Shown one piece after another: positions 39,225 through 49,161 of a stretch of 64,000 nt of DNA. Under the pieces are notes generated by a model. That model saw only the letters and a program-made list of their open reading frames with translations, made no database searches and was not told the DNA's origin. The DNA lies in contig DATIWI010000179.1 of NCBI GenBank assembly GCA_035519475.1, positions 29,499 through 93,498 of the forward strand, given 5' to 3'. Position 1 is the stretch's first letter; every line of letters starts with the position of its first letter. Origin of the DNA: Opitutaceae bacterium. Lineage in GTDB: Bacteria > Verrucomicrobiota > Verrucomicrobiia > Opitutales > Opitutaceae. The position numbers and the translations under genes were made by a program.

Positions 39225-41387
39225 ATGCCTGCTCGCATTCTCCCCACCGTTCTCTTGCTTCCGTTCGCGGCCCTCGCCGCCGCTCCCGATCCGTCCGCCG
39301 ACACCGCCGCCAACCAGACGCCCATCGCCATGGATCCGATGGTGGTCACGGCGACCCTCGACACCGCCCGGGAAAACATCGTTCCCAGCCTCGGCGCGTC
39401 CACGTTCCGTATCAGCAGCGATCAAATCGCGCTGCAGCCCCTTGGTGTCGACGCGTCGTTCAATCAGATCGTTCTCCAGGCGCCCGGCGTCGCCCAAGAT
39501 TCGGCGGCCAACGGCGACCTCCACGTCCGCGGCGAGCACGGGAATCTGCAGTACCGCATCAATGACGTCCTGCTCCCCGAAGGCATCACCGGCTTCGGTC
39601 TCGAACTCGACCCGCGTTTCGTGGGAAGCATGCAATTGATCACCGGCTCGCTCCCGGCCCAGTATGGCTTCCGGACCGCGGGCGTCATCGACATCCACAC
39701 AAAAACGGGCGCCATTCAGAACGGCGGGGAAACCGACTTGTCGGGCGGCAGCTTTGCCACGGTGAAAGCGAGCTTCGAGGCGGGGGGGACGGGGCGGTCG
39801 TCCAGCTACTTCCTCGACGGCAGTTTCAACCACAACGGCATCGGCATCGAAAATCCCACGGCCGGCGCGAAGCCGATCCATGACACCACGGATCAGTCCA
39901 AGCTGTTCGCCTACCTGTCCCGAATTATCGACTCAACGAGCCGGATTAGCGGGATGGCCGGCGCCTCCTACAGCAATTTCCAGGTCCCCAACACTCCGGA
40001 TCTGCCTCCGGGCACCGCGTCCAACGGCGACCCTTGGCTGCCGGGTACGTTCGATTCGGCCGGTCTGAATGAGCATCAGAATGAGCAGAACTACTACGGC
40101 ATCGTGGCCTACCAGAAGTCGACCGCGGTTCTGAACCTTCAACTGGCGGGCTACGGGCGCTACAGCAGCGTGCACTTCATCCCCGATCCCGTCGGCGATC
40201 TCTTTTTCAACGGCGTCGCCAGCGACGTCGACCGCAAGATCTCCTCCGGGGGGCTGCAGGCGGACCTCGGCTATTCCGCCGGCGGCGTGCACACGGTGCG
40301 TGGCGGCGCCATGCTGCTCGCCGAGCATCTGACGGCCGGCACCACGACGACCGTATTCCCGGTCGATGACGACGGAAATCCGACGGGCGCCGCGTTTCCC
40401 ATCGTCGACAATCAGCGCTCCCAGGCCCGTTTTCTCGGCGTGTATCTCCAGGATGAATGGAAACTCACCCCACAATTGACCGTCAATTACGGTGCGCGCT
40501 GCGATCTCTACTCCTCTTCGTTCGACCGGGAAAGCCAGGCCAGCCCGCGGGTCAACTTGATCTATCGGCCGACCAATGCGACCACCCTCCACGCCGGCTA
40601 CGCGCGCTATTTCACGCCCCCGCCGCTCGAGAATGTGTCCGCGGCGACCGTGGTGCTGTTCAACGGCACTTCGAACGCCTCACCGGTGGCGGCGGACGAT
40701 CCGGTCAAGGCCGAGCGCGCGGACTATTTCGACGCCGGGATCAGCCAGTCCCTCTCGCCGCGGCTGCAGGTCGGCGTCGACGGCTACTACAAGGCCGCCC
40801 GCAACCAGCTCGACGACGGATTGTTCGGCCAATCGTTGATCCTGTCGGCATTCAATTACCGCGAGGGCAGAATCCGCGGCGTTGAATTCACGGCCTCCTA
40901 CACGGATGGCGGCTTCTCGGCCTATGCCAATCTCGCGCGGTCGATCGCCCAGGGCCGGGATTGGACTTCGGCCCAGTTTCTGTTCGATCCGGCCGATCTG
41001 GCCTACGTCCGGGGCCACTGGATCTATCTTGACCACGATCAGCGGCTCTCCGCCTCGGCGGGGGCCGGCTACCTATGGCTGCGGACCGACGGCAGCACGC
41101 GCATCTCGGCGAACATCCTTTACGGCACGGGGTTGCGCACCGACGCGACAGACAACATGGGCAACACGATCCCGAATGGAGGCAACGTTCCGGCTTACGT
41201 CACGGTCAACCTGGGCGTGGAATGGCGCCGCCATCTGGCGGGCAGGCGGACCCTCAAGGTCCGGCTCGATGTCGTGAATCTCGCGGACCAAAGTTACGAA
41301 TTGCGCGACGGCACCGGCGTCGGCGTCAACGCCGCCCAATTCGGTATGCGCCGCGGCCTTTTCGGTTCGCTCGGCCTCTCGTTCTGA
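39225..41387 (+). CDS. TonB-dependent outer-membrane receptor
   Basis: Signal peptide, plug-domain blocks (DPMVVTAT, LQAPGV, LHVRGE), a beta-barrel and a C-terminal ...GLSF. Start trimmed to the ATG at 39225. Confidence 0.85.
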   Translation: MPARILPTVLLLPFAALAAAPDPSADTAANQTPIAMDPMVVTATLDTARENIVPSLGASTFRISSDQIALQPLGVDASFNQIVLQAPGVAQDSAANGDLHVRGEHGNLQYRINDVLLPEGITGFGLELDPRFVGSMQLITGSLPAQYGFRTAGVIDIHTKTGAIQNGGETDLSGGSFATVKASFEAGGTGRSSSYFLDGSFNHNGIGIENPTAGAKPIHDTTDQSKLFAYLSRIIDSTSRISGMAGASYSNFQVPNTPDLPPGTASNGDPWLPGTFDSAGLNEHQNEQNYYGIVAYQKSTAVLNLQLAGYGRYSSVHFIPDPVGDLFFNGVASDVDRKISSGGLQADLGYSAGGVHTVRGGAMLLAEHLTAGTTTTVFPVDDDGNPTGAAFPIVDNQRSQARFLGVYLQDEWKLTPQLTVNYGARCDLYSSSFDRESQASPRVNLIYRPTNATTLHAGYARYFTPPPLENVSAATVVLFNGTSNASPVAADDPVKAERADYFDAGISQSLSPRLQVGVDGYYKAARNQLDDGLFGQSLILSAFNYREGRIRGVEFTASYTDGGFSAYANLARSIAQGRDWTSAQFLFDPADLAYVRGHWIYLDHDQRLSASAGAGYLWLRTDGSTRISANILYGTGLRTDATDNMGNTIPNGGNVPAYVTVNLGVEWRRHLAGRRTLKVRLDVVNLADQSYELRDGTGVGVNAAQFGMRRGLFGSLGLSF

Positions 41388-41400
41388 GCGCGCGCCACCC

Positions 41401-42339
41401 TTAGGCTTCGAGCCCGAAGACCGCCCGCGCGTAGATCTCGGCGCTGAAGGGCTGCAGGTCCTCCGCCTGTTCGCCGAGGCCCACAAAATAGATCGGCAGT
41501 TTCAGCTCGCGCCAGATGCCCACGATGGCACCGCCGCGGGACGTCCCGTCGAGCTTCGTCACGACGATGCCGGTCAGGCCAAAACTCTGGTGGAAGATTC
41601 TCGCCTGCTCGATGGAGTTGGCGCCCAGCGAGCCGTCGATCACCAGCCAGGCATGCTGCGGAGCCGCCGGGTCGTTCTTCTGCAACACGCGGCGGATCTT
41701 GGCCAGTTCCTCCATCAGGTTGCTCTTGGTGTGCAGGCGCCCGGCGGTGTCGATGACGAGCCACCCGCGCCCGCGCGCCTTCGCGGCCTGCCACGCGTCG
41801 TAGGCCACCGCCGCGGCGTCCGCCCCGCGTTCTCCGGCGATGAGCTCAAGGTCGAGTCGCTGCGTCCACGTCCGGAGCTGTTCGATCGCGGCGGCGCGAA
41901 ACGTGTCGCACGCGGCGACGGTCACCGCCCCGCCATCCTGCTTGAGCAGCCACGCGAGCTTGGCCGCCGTGGTGGTCTTGCCGGAGCCGTTGACGCCAAT
42001 CAGGCAGATGACGGTGGGATTGGCCGACCCGCCGGGAACGCGGGCGCCGCTCTCCAGCCGGCCCTCGCTACCCGCGAGCGCGCGACGCAGCACGGCGGCC
42101 CCGAGGGCGGCGGCGTCCTGGCCGCGGAGTTCCCGATCCTCCCGCCGCGCGCACTTGATCTCCTCGAGAATCTCGGTGGTGGTGGCGACGCCAAAGTCGG
42201 CCGTGTACAGCGCCTCTTCCAGCGCCTCGAGGGAGGCCGTGTCAATCGCCCCCCCGCCCAACAGCGCCTTGGTTTTGTCGGCGATGCCGCGCGCCGTCCT
42301 GGTCAGGCCATCCCGGAATTTCGCAAGCAGCGCACGCAT
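41401..42339 (-). CDS. ftsY: Signal recognition particle receptor FtsY
   Basis: NG domain with GVNGSGKTTT, DTAGR and TKLDG motifs. ATG at 42339 preferred to the TTG at 42351. Confidence 0.9.
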   Translation of the reverse strand: MRALLAKFRDGLTRTARGIADKTKALLGGGAIDTASLEALEEALYTADFGVATTTEILEEIKCARREDRELRGQDAAALGAAVLRRALAGSEGRLESGARVPGGSANPTVICLIGVNGSGKTTTAAKLAWLLKQDGGAVTVAACDTFRAAAIEQLRTWTQRLDLELIAGERGADAAAVAYDAWQAAKARGRGWLVIDTAGRLHTKSNLMEELAKIRRVLQKNDPAAPQHAWLVIDGSLGANSIEQARIFHQSFGLTGIVVTKLDGTSRGGAIVGIWRELKLPIYFVGLGEQAEDLQPFSAEIYARAVFGLEA

Positions 42340-42400
42340 GGGAGGTGGCAAATACGGATAGCGCGCAGGCCGGGCCAGGAGGGGCGCTCAGGCGGTTGCC

Positions 42401-42847
42401 TTATTCCGCCGCCTTGCGGGCGTCGCGCCCCAGATCTCCCTTCAGCCGGTCGAGGATGCCGTTGATGAAACGCTTGGCATCGGCATTGGAGAATTGCTTG
42501 GAGAGGTCGATGGCCTCGTTGATGGAGACGACCGGCGGGATGTCCCGGCGGTAGAGCATTTCGAAGATGGCAAGGCGCAGGATCGCGAGATCGATCTTGG
42601 CGATGCGGTCGAACTCCCAGTTCTGGGTCAGCGCGCGAATCCGCGCGTCGATCTCCGTCACGTGTTCGATGGCGCCATGGATCAGCTCCTCGCCAAAGGC
42701 GTACTGGTCGCGCGGCCCGTCCAGTCCCGCGAAGAACACCCGCAAATCCTCGGCCAGATCTGCCGGCCGGTTCAGGCTCCAGGCGTAGAGGTACTGCAGG
42801 GCCGCCACCCGGCCGCTGCGGCGCTCGGCATACTGGGCCTTGCTCAT
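42401..42847 (-). CDS. nusB: Transcription antitermination factor NusB
   Basis: RVAALQYLY and DIPPVVSINEAIDLSK... blocks. 148 aa. Start overlaps the ribH stop (ATGA). Confidence 0.9.
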   Translation of the reverse strand: MSKAQYAERRSGRVAALQYLYAWSLNRPADLAEDLRVFFAGLDGPRDQYAFGEELIHGAIEHVTEIDARIRALTQNWEFDRIAKIDLAILRLAIFEMLYRRDIPPVVSINEAIDLSKQFSNADAKRFINGILDRLKGDLGRDARKAAE

Positions 42848-43317
42848 CGCGCCAGCTTCCGTTTCAGGGCGGCCATGACCAGCGCGGCGTGCGCGAATTC
42901 GGCGCCCCGCCGGCGGCGGCCCACGCAGCGGGCGGCGGCCTGACGCTCGTTTTCCGCCACGATCACGCCGTTGATGACCGGAGTCCGCGCCGCGAGCGCG
43001 ACGCGCAGCAAGCCCCGCGAGGCGTTCGCTGCCACCAGCTGGTAGTGGCGGGTCTCCCCGCGGATGATGACACCCAAGGCGATGCAGGCGTCCGGCCGGC
43101 GGCGCGCGCATAGCAGCTGCACCGCGCTGGGCAGCTCATTCGAGCCGGGGACGCGCACCAGCGTGATCCGGCGTGGCGGCACGCCGGCGGCGCGCAGCGC
43201 GTCCTGCACCTGGCGCAGCAGCGCGTCCACGAGACGTTCGTTGTAACGAGCCGCCGCGATGGCGATTGTCAGGGCGGTGCCATCAATCGGGGCGGATCTG
43301 GGCGTGAGGCGGCTCAT
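42844..43317 (-). CDS. ribH: 6,7-dimethyl-8-ribityllumazine synthase
   Basis: IAIAAARYNERLVDALL...VRVPGSNELP motifs. Start trimmed to the ATG at 43317. Confidence 0.9.
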   Translation of the reverse strand: MSRLTPRSAPIDGTALTIAIAAARYNERLVDALLRQVQDALRAAGVPPRRITLVRVPGSNELPSAVQLLCARRRPDACIALGVIIRGETRHYQLVAANASRGLLRVALAARTPVINGVIVAENERQAAARCVGRRRRGAEFAHAALVMAALKRKLAR

Positions 43318-43412
43318 GGGAAAACCGGCAACCGCAAACCGGATTGCCCCCGGCTGCAAAACAAAAAGGACCGCCGCCCGCCGTTTCTCCCGCTCCGCCC
43401 GCCCGCGCCGCG

Positions 43413-44519
43413 CTACAGCGGCACTTGCTCCACAATTTCCAGGCCGTACCCATCCAGGCCCACGACCTTGCGCGCGCTGTTGGACAGCAAGCGGATCCGC
43501 CCCAAGCCCAGCGCGCGCAGGATCTGCGCGCCCGTGCCGTAGTCCCGGAGGCTCATCGGCGCGATCGTCTCGCCGGGCGCGGCGTTGAGCCGGCGCAGCA
43601 GCACTTCGCCCGCGTTCGCCGGCTCCATGTAGAGCACCACGCCCCGCCCCGCGCGGGCGATGGCCTCGAGCGCCGCGGCGACCGCGCGGCTGCTGCCCAT
43701 GCCCTTGGCCCGGAAGACGTCGCTGAGAAGATTGCCGCTGTGCACGCGCACCAGCGTCGCCTCGGGGCCCAGCGCCCCCATGCTGAGCGCGAGGTGCTGG
43801 CGGCCGTCGAGGGTTCCCCGGAAAACGTGCAGCGTGAAATCGCCAAACTCCGTGGCAAACGGCCGGGCGCAAACCCGCTCGATCAGGTGGTCGCGCTTGA
43901 CGCGGTATTCAATGAGCTCGGCGATCGAAATCATCTGCAGCCCGAACTTGCGCTTGAATTCTCCGAGTTCCGGCAGCCGCTGCACCGTTCCGTCGTCATT
44001 GACCAGTTCGCAGAGCACGCCGGCGGGAAAAAGCCCGGCGAGGATCGCGAGGTCGACGGCCGCCTCGGTGTGCCCGGCCCGCTCCAGCACCCCGCCCGGA
44101 CGGGCGCGCAGCGGAAACACATGCCCCGGCTGCACGAGTTGCTCAGGCCGCGCCTCCGGATCGGCCAGGATGCGGATGGCCTGGGTGCGGTCGTGCGCGC
44201 TGATGCCGGTGGTGATGCCGGCGGCGGCATCGACGCTCACGGTGAAGTCGGTCCGCCGCGACTCGCGGTTGTGCGCCACCATCGGGCCGAGCCCCAGGCG
44301 CTTGAGCTGGGGCTCCACCGTGGGCACGCAGATGATGCCGCTGCCGTAGCGGATCATCATGCTGACCATTTGCGCCGTGACCTTGGCCGCAGCCATGATC
44401 AGATCGCCCTCATTTTCCCGGTCCTCGTCATCCGTCACGATGACCATCCGCCCCGCGGCGATCGCCTGAATGGCGTCCTCGACGGAATCAAACGGCGGGT
44501 TGGCGGCAGGGGCGGACAT
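43413..44519 (-). CDS. ribB: 3,4-dihydroxy-2-butanone-4-phosphate synthase fused to a degenerate GTP-cyclohydrolase-II-like domain (RibBX-type)
   Basis: The N-terminal half has the RibB motif VTDDEDRENEGDLIMAA. The C-terminal half aligns to RibA, but VRVHSGNLLSDVFRAKGMGSS replaces HSECLTGD...RCDCG, so the Zn-ligand cysteines are absent. Confidence 0.85.
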   Translation of the reverse strand: MSAPAANPPFDSVEDAIQAIAAGRMVIVTDDEDRENEGDLIMAAAKVTAQMVSMMIRYGSGIICVPTVEPQLKRLGLGPMVAHNRESRRTDFTVSVDAAAGITTGISAHDRTQAIRILADPEARPEQLVQPGHVFPLRARPGGVLERAGHTEAAVDLAILAGLFPAGVLCELVNDDGTVQRLPELGEFKRKFGLQMISIAELIEYRVKRDHLIERVCARPFATEFGDFTLHVFRGTLDGRQHLALSMGALGPEATLVRVHSGNLLSDVFRAKGMGSSRAVAAALEAIARAGRGVVLYMEPANAGEVLLRRLNAAPGETIAPMSLRDYGTGAQILRALGLGRIRLLSNSARKVVGLDGYGLEIVEQVPL

Positions 44520-44658
44520 GGTGGTCACCGGTCGGGCGGCGGAAAAGGCGCCCACGGTCTCGCGAAGATCAGCGGGTGTCAATCGCCCGCGCACCACCAA
44601 TCCTGGTGGCTGCTCAAACCTGAGAGGTCAGCCCCGAGACGGTCCAATGAGCCTGGCG

Positions 44659-45132
44659 CTATTGTTTGAAATCGACGACGTAATGCTCGGCCGCCTCGTC
44701 GCTGCCCGCCACAAACAGGAAAAGGTAGAGTTTGAAGTTGTAGGGCGGGCGGACGAACTCGGGCGAGGTCAGCGCCAGACCATCCGCCGTCGGGTTCAGG
44801 ACCGTGCGTTCGTCGAAAACCTTGTAACGCACCGGCCACCGCGCCGTGGCCCGGGCCACATCGACGGCCACCGGCTTCTTCTTCGCATCGTAGAAGGAGA
44901 TCTTGAATTTGCCATCCTCGACGAGGATGCCGAGGAAGCCGCCGCTGGGACGTGCGACGGCGAGCCCCGCGATCTTGCCCTCCTCCTCCGGCTTCTTCGC
45001 CGTGTCCGTGCTCGTGCGAAGACCAGATTTCGGTGGAGGCACCGCCGTGGCACTCCCGGCCAGCAACGGTCCCGCGACTCCCAGCAGCGCTGCCAGCAGC
45101 GCCGGCTTCAACAGACAGGCGTTGGGCTTCAT
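44659..45132 (-). CDS. Hypothetical secreted protein
   Basis: Signal peptide MKPNACLLKPALLAALLGVAGPLLAGSA. No recognisable domain. Start trimmed to the ATG at 45132. Confidence 0.5.
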   Translation of the reverse strand: MKPNACLLKPALLAALLGVAGPLLAGSATAVPPPKSGLRTSTDTAKKPEEEGKIAGLAVARPSGGFLGILVEDGKFKISFYDAKKKPVAVDVARATARWPVRYKVFDERTVLNPTADGLALTSPEFVRPPYNFKLYLFLFVAGSDEAAEHYVVDFKQ

Positions 45133-45251
45133 GATAGGAAAAACACCCAAGCCTATCGCCTGCCTCTTCCGCCGCAAGCCGCATCGCCCCCGCCAATCAG
45201 AGGTTTACGCCGATTTCGCATCGCGCGGCGCCGCGGGAACCTCCTGCGCGC

Positions 45252-46625
45252 TCACGGTTTGCGCCGCGCCCCGCGCTGAAGTTCGGCCCGGAGTTTCTTC
45301 CAGCGCGCCAGGCGCTCGGCGATGGCCGCTTCGGCGCCCGCCGTCTTCGCCGTGTAGAGCGGGAGCGGCTTCTCCAGGTACGCCTGACCCGAGATGGCCT
45401 CCGGAAATTCATGGCTGTACAGGTACCCTTGGCCGTGCCCCATGCGCTTCGACGCCTGGCCCCCGGAGTCGCGCAGCGCCACGGGCACGGCCTGGACGGG
45501 TTGTTCGGCAATGGCGGCTTTCGCCGCCATCAGCGCCTCCGCGGCCGAATTGCTCTTGGCCGCGGTGGCAAGATAGAGCGTGGCGTGGGCGAGGGTCAGC
45601 TCGGCCTCGGGCAGCCCGATGAAGTCGACCGCATGGTGGGCGGCCACCGCGATCGGCAGTGCGTGCGGATCAGCCAGCCCGACGTCCTCCGAGGCCAGGA
45701 TGACCAGGCGCCGCGCGATGAAGCGCGGGTCCTCGTCACCCGCCAGCATTTTGGCGAGCCAGTACATCGCGGCGTCCGGGTCGCCGCCCCGGCAGCTCTT
45801 GATGAAGGCGGAGATGGTATCGTAGTGCTCGTCCTCATCGGCATCGTAGCGGATGCGGCGTTCGCGCGCGAAGATCTCCAGCTCGGCGGCGGTAACCTCG
45901 GCCCGCGCGGGCAGGCTCAGCACAATGACCTCCAGGGCGTTGAGCGCCCGGCGCAGGTCGCCGTCGCAGAGGTTGGCCAGGTCGAGCAGCACCTTGTCGC
46001 CGGCTGTGCAGGCGCGCTCGCCCAGCCCGCGTCCGGCATCGCCCAGCGCCCGCTTGAGCACCGCGACCACGTGCGCCGGCGTCAGGGGGTCGAGGCGGAA
46101 CAGGTGGCTGCGGCTGAGGAGCGTGGGGTTGACGTAAAACCCCGGATTGTGCGTGGTGGCGCCGATCAGCCGCACGGCTCCCTCCTCCACGTCGGGCAGC
46201 AACAGGTCCTGCTGGGACTTGTTGAAGCGATGCAGCTCGTCGATAAAGAGAATGGTGGCCGACTCCGGCCGGCGGCGGGCCGCCGCCAGGACGTCGCGCA
46301 GTTCGGCAACGTTGGACATGACGGCGTTGATGCGCACAAAGCGACTGCCCGTCTCGCGGGCGATGGCTTCGCCGAGCGAAGTCTTGCCGCTGCCCGGCGG
46401 CCCGTAGAAAATGAGGCTGCCAAAGCGGTTGCTGGCCACGAGGCGCGGGAGCAGGCCGCCCGGGCGCAGGATGTGCTCCTGCCCAACCATCTCCGCCAGG
46501 GTGCGCGGGCGCATTCGCGCGGCGAGCGGCTGGGTCACCGGCGGTCGCACCGCGCCGGCGGCGGCGGGCGCCGGCGCCGCCGGTGCCTCCGTCCCAAACA
46601 GATCGCGTTGTTCGCCGTCGCCCAT
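45252..46625 (-). CDS. rarA: Replication-associated recombination protein A (AAA+ ATPase)
   Basis: GPPGSGKTS Walker A, FIDELHRFNK, and the MgsA C-terminal domain (AMYWLAKML, DPRFIARRL). Confidence 0.9.
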   Translation of the reverse strand: MGDGEQRDLFGTEAPAAPAPAAAGAVRPPVTQPLAARMRPRTLAEMVGQEHILRPGGLLPRLVASNRFGSLIFYGPPGSGKTSLGEAIARETGSRFVRINAVMSNVAELRDVLAAARRRPESATILFIDELHRFNKSQQDLLLPDVEEGAVRLIGATTHNPGFYVNPTLLSRSHLFRLDPLTPAHVVAVLKRALGDAGRGLGERACTAGDKVLLDLANLCDGDLRRALNALEVIVLSLPARAEVTAAELEIFARERRIRYDADEDEHYDTISAFIKSCRGGDPDAAMYWLAKMLAGDEDPRFIARRLVILASEDVGLADPHALPIAVAAHHAVDFIGLPEAELTLAHATLYLATAAKSNSAAEALMAAKAAIAEQPVQAVPVALRDSGGQASKRMGHGQGYLYSHEFPEAISGQAYLEKPLPLYTAKTAGAEAAIAERLARWKKLRAELQRGARRKP

Positions 46626-46698
46626 GACTATTCCTGCATGGCACGAATCCCGGCGGTTGGAAAGGATTCTTGAAAATGTGTTCGATTAAAGGAAATTA

Positions 46699-47508
46699 AT
46701 GACTAGGAAAATCATCATGCCACCCGCCGAACTCCCCGTCGCCCTCACCATCGCCGGTTCGGACAGCGGCGGGGGCGCCGGCATCCAGGCGGATCTCCTG
46801 ACATTTGCGGCGCATGGCGTTTTCGGCACGACGGCCATCACCTGCCTGACCGCGCAGAACCCCGGGGGCGTGACGGCAATCGAGGCGCTGCCGGCTCCGT
46901 TCGTGGCGGAGCAGATCGCGCAGGTGCATCGCTACTTCACGGTGCGCGCACTCAAGACCGGCATGCTCTACTCGGCGGAAATCATCGGCGCGGTGGCCGA
47001 ATTCCTCGCCGAGCATCCGGAAATCCCGGGGGTGGTCGATCCCGTCATGGTGGCGACGAGCGGCGCGGTGCTGCTTCGGCCCGAGGCGCTCGCCGTCGTG
47101 CGCGAGAAACTCCTGCCGCGGGCCGCGCTGGCCACCCCCAACCTCGACGAAGTGGCGGTCCTGCTGGGCGAGCGGCCATCGACGCCGGCCGCGATGGCCG
47201 CGGCGGGCCGGCGGCTCGCCGGGACCTATGGCGTTCCCTTCCTGGTCAAGGGCGGGCACCTGCCGGGCGCCGATCTCACTGACGTGCTGGCGCGCCCGGA
47301 CGGGAGTGCCCGGACCTACCGGGGCCCGCGGATCCCGGGCGTCGACACTCACGGGAGCGGCTGCACGCTGTCGGCGGCGATCACCGCCAATCTGGCCAAG
47401 GGACTGGCGCTCGATCAGGCCGTGGCCGCCGCCCGGAGGTATCTGCGGCGCGGTCTGGAGCGAAGCCTCGCGCTCGGCAGCCGGCGATTCATCAATCACC
47501 GGCCCTAA
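46699..47508 (+). CDS. thiD: Hydroxymethylpyrimidine/phosphomethylpyrimidine kinase
   Basis: [24 protein letters not shown] and a C-terminal [11 protein letters not shown] motif. Alternative ATG at 46717. Confidence 0.9.
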   Translation: MTRKIIMPPAELPVALTIAGSDSGGGAGIQADLLTFAAHGVFGTTAITCLTAQNPGGVTAIEALPAPFVAEQIAQVHRYFTVRALKTGMLYSAEIIGAVAEFLAEHPEIPGVVDPVMVATSGAVLLRPEALAVVREKLLPRAALATPNLDEVAVLLGERPSTPAAMAAAGRRLAGTYGVPFLVKGGHLPGADLTDVLARPDGSARTYRGPRIPGVDTHGSGCTLSAAITANLAKGLALDQAVAAARRYLRRGLERSLALGSRRFINHRP

Positions 47509-47511
47509 GTC

Positions 47512-49161
47512 ATGAGCCCCGGCCGCCCCGGCCATCGCGCTCCGCTGCTTTGGCTGTTGTTGCCGTTCATGGCCGGCCTGGCCGCGGGAAGGATTTGGGC
47601 CGTGCCCCCGGCAATCCTGCTCGCGCCCGCCGCTCTGTTCGTGGGTGCGGCGGTGACCCTCGCCTGGCATCGGCCCCCGCCTGCTCGTGGCGCCTGGTCC
47701 CTGGCCCTCGCTCTAGCCGTCGCCCTCGCGGGCATGGCCTACGTCAATTTGCGCCTCCACCGTCTGGCGGTCTGGGACGCGTTGCCGGCTCGCGAGGCGC
47801 GGCTGGTACTGCGGATCGAGCGCCTGTTCGCAGCGCCGCCGGGTGGCCAACGCGCCAGCGGCCTGGCGGTCGTCACGGGAGCCGACGCCCACCTGCGCGA
47901 CCTCGTCGGCCAGCGAGTCTATTTCTCTCTCAATCGGCCGCCCTCCGCCCCTGCGATCCTGCGTACCAGTGAAATTCTCGCGGTCGGCGTGCTCGCGCCG
48001 CTCGCCCGGTCGGGGCGTCCCGGGAGCTTCGACGAGTACATCGCCAACGCGGGGATGACGTTCAAGTTCACCCGCGGCCGGTGGCTGGGCGAAGCGGCCG
48101 CTCCCTCCGGGTACGCACGCTTCTGCCAGGCGGCCGAGCAGCGCTTCCATGCCATCCTGGGCGCCGGGCTGGCTGACCGGCCGGCGCTCGCCGCCATTCT
48201 GCGGGCGATGATGCTCGGACAGAAGCAGGAGATGAGCGAGGACCAGCAGGAACTCTTCATGCACAGCGGCACGATGCATCTCTTCGCCATCAGCGGCCTG
48301 AACATCACGGCGATCGCCCTCAGCATGCAGATCCTGCTCACCCTGCTCCGCCTGCCGCGCCTGGCGGCGGCCGTGGTCAGCCTCGCGGCGCTCTGGCTCT
48401 ACGTCGAGATCACGGGCTCCAGTCCGTCGGCGGTGCGGGCGTTCTTGATGTCCGCGGCGCTCATCGCCTCCTTCTCGTTGCGGCGGCCCGGCAATCCGCT
48501 CGCCGCCCTGGCCGCCTCCGCGCTTCTGATCCTGCTGATCGAACCCATGCAGCTGTTCAGTGCCAGTTTCCAGATGTCCTATGGCATCGTGACGGTGCTG
48601 CTGCTGCTGGGACTGCCCCTCACCGAGGCGCTGCAGGCCCGCTGGCCGCTTTTCGCCTCGCTGCCCGAGGCCACGTGGGGACGGCTGCGGCGCGCTACCG
48701 CGGCGCTGTGGCGCTGGTTCCTCGGCATGGTCGGGATCGGGCTGGCCGCCGCGCTAGTCAGCACCCTGTCGACCGTCCAGTTCTTCCAGCTGCTTACGCC
48801 CGGCTCGTTGGCCATCAACCTGGTGCTGATCCCGATGTCCACTCTCGTCATCGGCGCCGGGTTCCTGTCGCTGCTGTGTGGACTGGTGGGGTGCCTGGGC
48901 GCCAGCGGGCTCTTTAACCATGCCGGGGCTTTGCTGGCGTGGTCGATGGATTTCCTGCTGCGGGCGGCGATGGCGGTACCCGGCGTGTACCGCACCGCGC
49001 AGTTCCGCGCGGCCTGGCTCGGGCCCGCGGGTCACGCCGCCCTGCTGGTCCTGTGCTTGGCGGGCTACGCCTGGCACTGGCGGCGCGACCGCGGCGGTTT
49101 CTGGCCGCCCTTTGTCTTCGTGGGGCTGCTGCTCCTCTTCGGGGTGAAACTCGGGGCCTGA
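47512..49161 (+). CDS. comEC: ComEC/Rec2-family membrane protein (no C-terminal MBL domain)
   Basis: Multi-TM competence domain with HLFAISGLNI. At 549 aa it lacks the beta-lactamase-like domain of full-length ComEC. Confidence 0.8.
   Translation: MSPGRPGHRAPLLWLLLPFMAGLAAGRIWAVPPAILLAPAALFVGAAVTLAWHRPPPARGAWSLALALAVALAGMAYVNLRLHRLAVWDALPAREARLVLRIERLFAAPPGGQRASGLAVVTGADAHLRDLVGQRVYFSLNRPPSAPAILRTSEILAVGVLAPLARSGRPGSFDEYIANAGMTFKFTRGRWLGEAAAPSGYARFCQAAEQRFHAILGAGLADRPALAAILRAMMLGQKQEMSEDQQELFMHSGTMHLFAISGLNITAIALSMQILLTLLRLPRLAAAVVSLAALWLYVEITGSSPSAVRAFLMSAALIASFSLRRPGNPLAALAASALLILLIEPMQLFSASFQMSYGIVTVLLLLGLPLTEALQARWPLFASLPEATWGRLRRATAALWRWFLGMVGIGLAAALVSTLSTVQFFQLLTPGSLAINLVLIPMSTLVIGAGFLSLLCGLVGCLGASGLFNHAGALLAWSMDFLLRAAMAVPGVYRTAQFRAAWLGPAGHAALLVLCLAGYAWHWRRDRGGFWPPFVFVGLLLLFGVKLGA

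Noticed and set aside
44520-44658. Possible FMN (RFN) riboswitch in the 139-nt leader of ribB(X). There is a perfect CCACCA-atcc-TGGTGG hairpin at 44593-44608 and a 6-bp long-range GTCTCG/CGAGAC pairing.
   Set aside because: The conserved RFN core strings I remember (GGGUGAAAUUCCC, ACCGGCGGU, AGCCCGCGAGC, AAGUCCGGAUG) are absent, and the leader is short. cmsearch with Rfam RF00050 would settle it; a significant hit would overturn this rejection.
46626-46698. TPP riboswitch or sigma-54 promoter in the rarA/thiD divergent spacer. It contains a perfect TGGCACG at 46639-46645.
   Set aside because: The spacer is only 73 nt and has no CUGAGA/ACCUGAUCUGGAUAAUGCCAGCG-like TPP core. The nearest GC after TGGCACG is at GG-N11-GC spacing, one nt too long for sigma-54.
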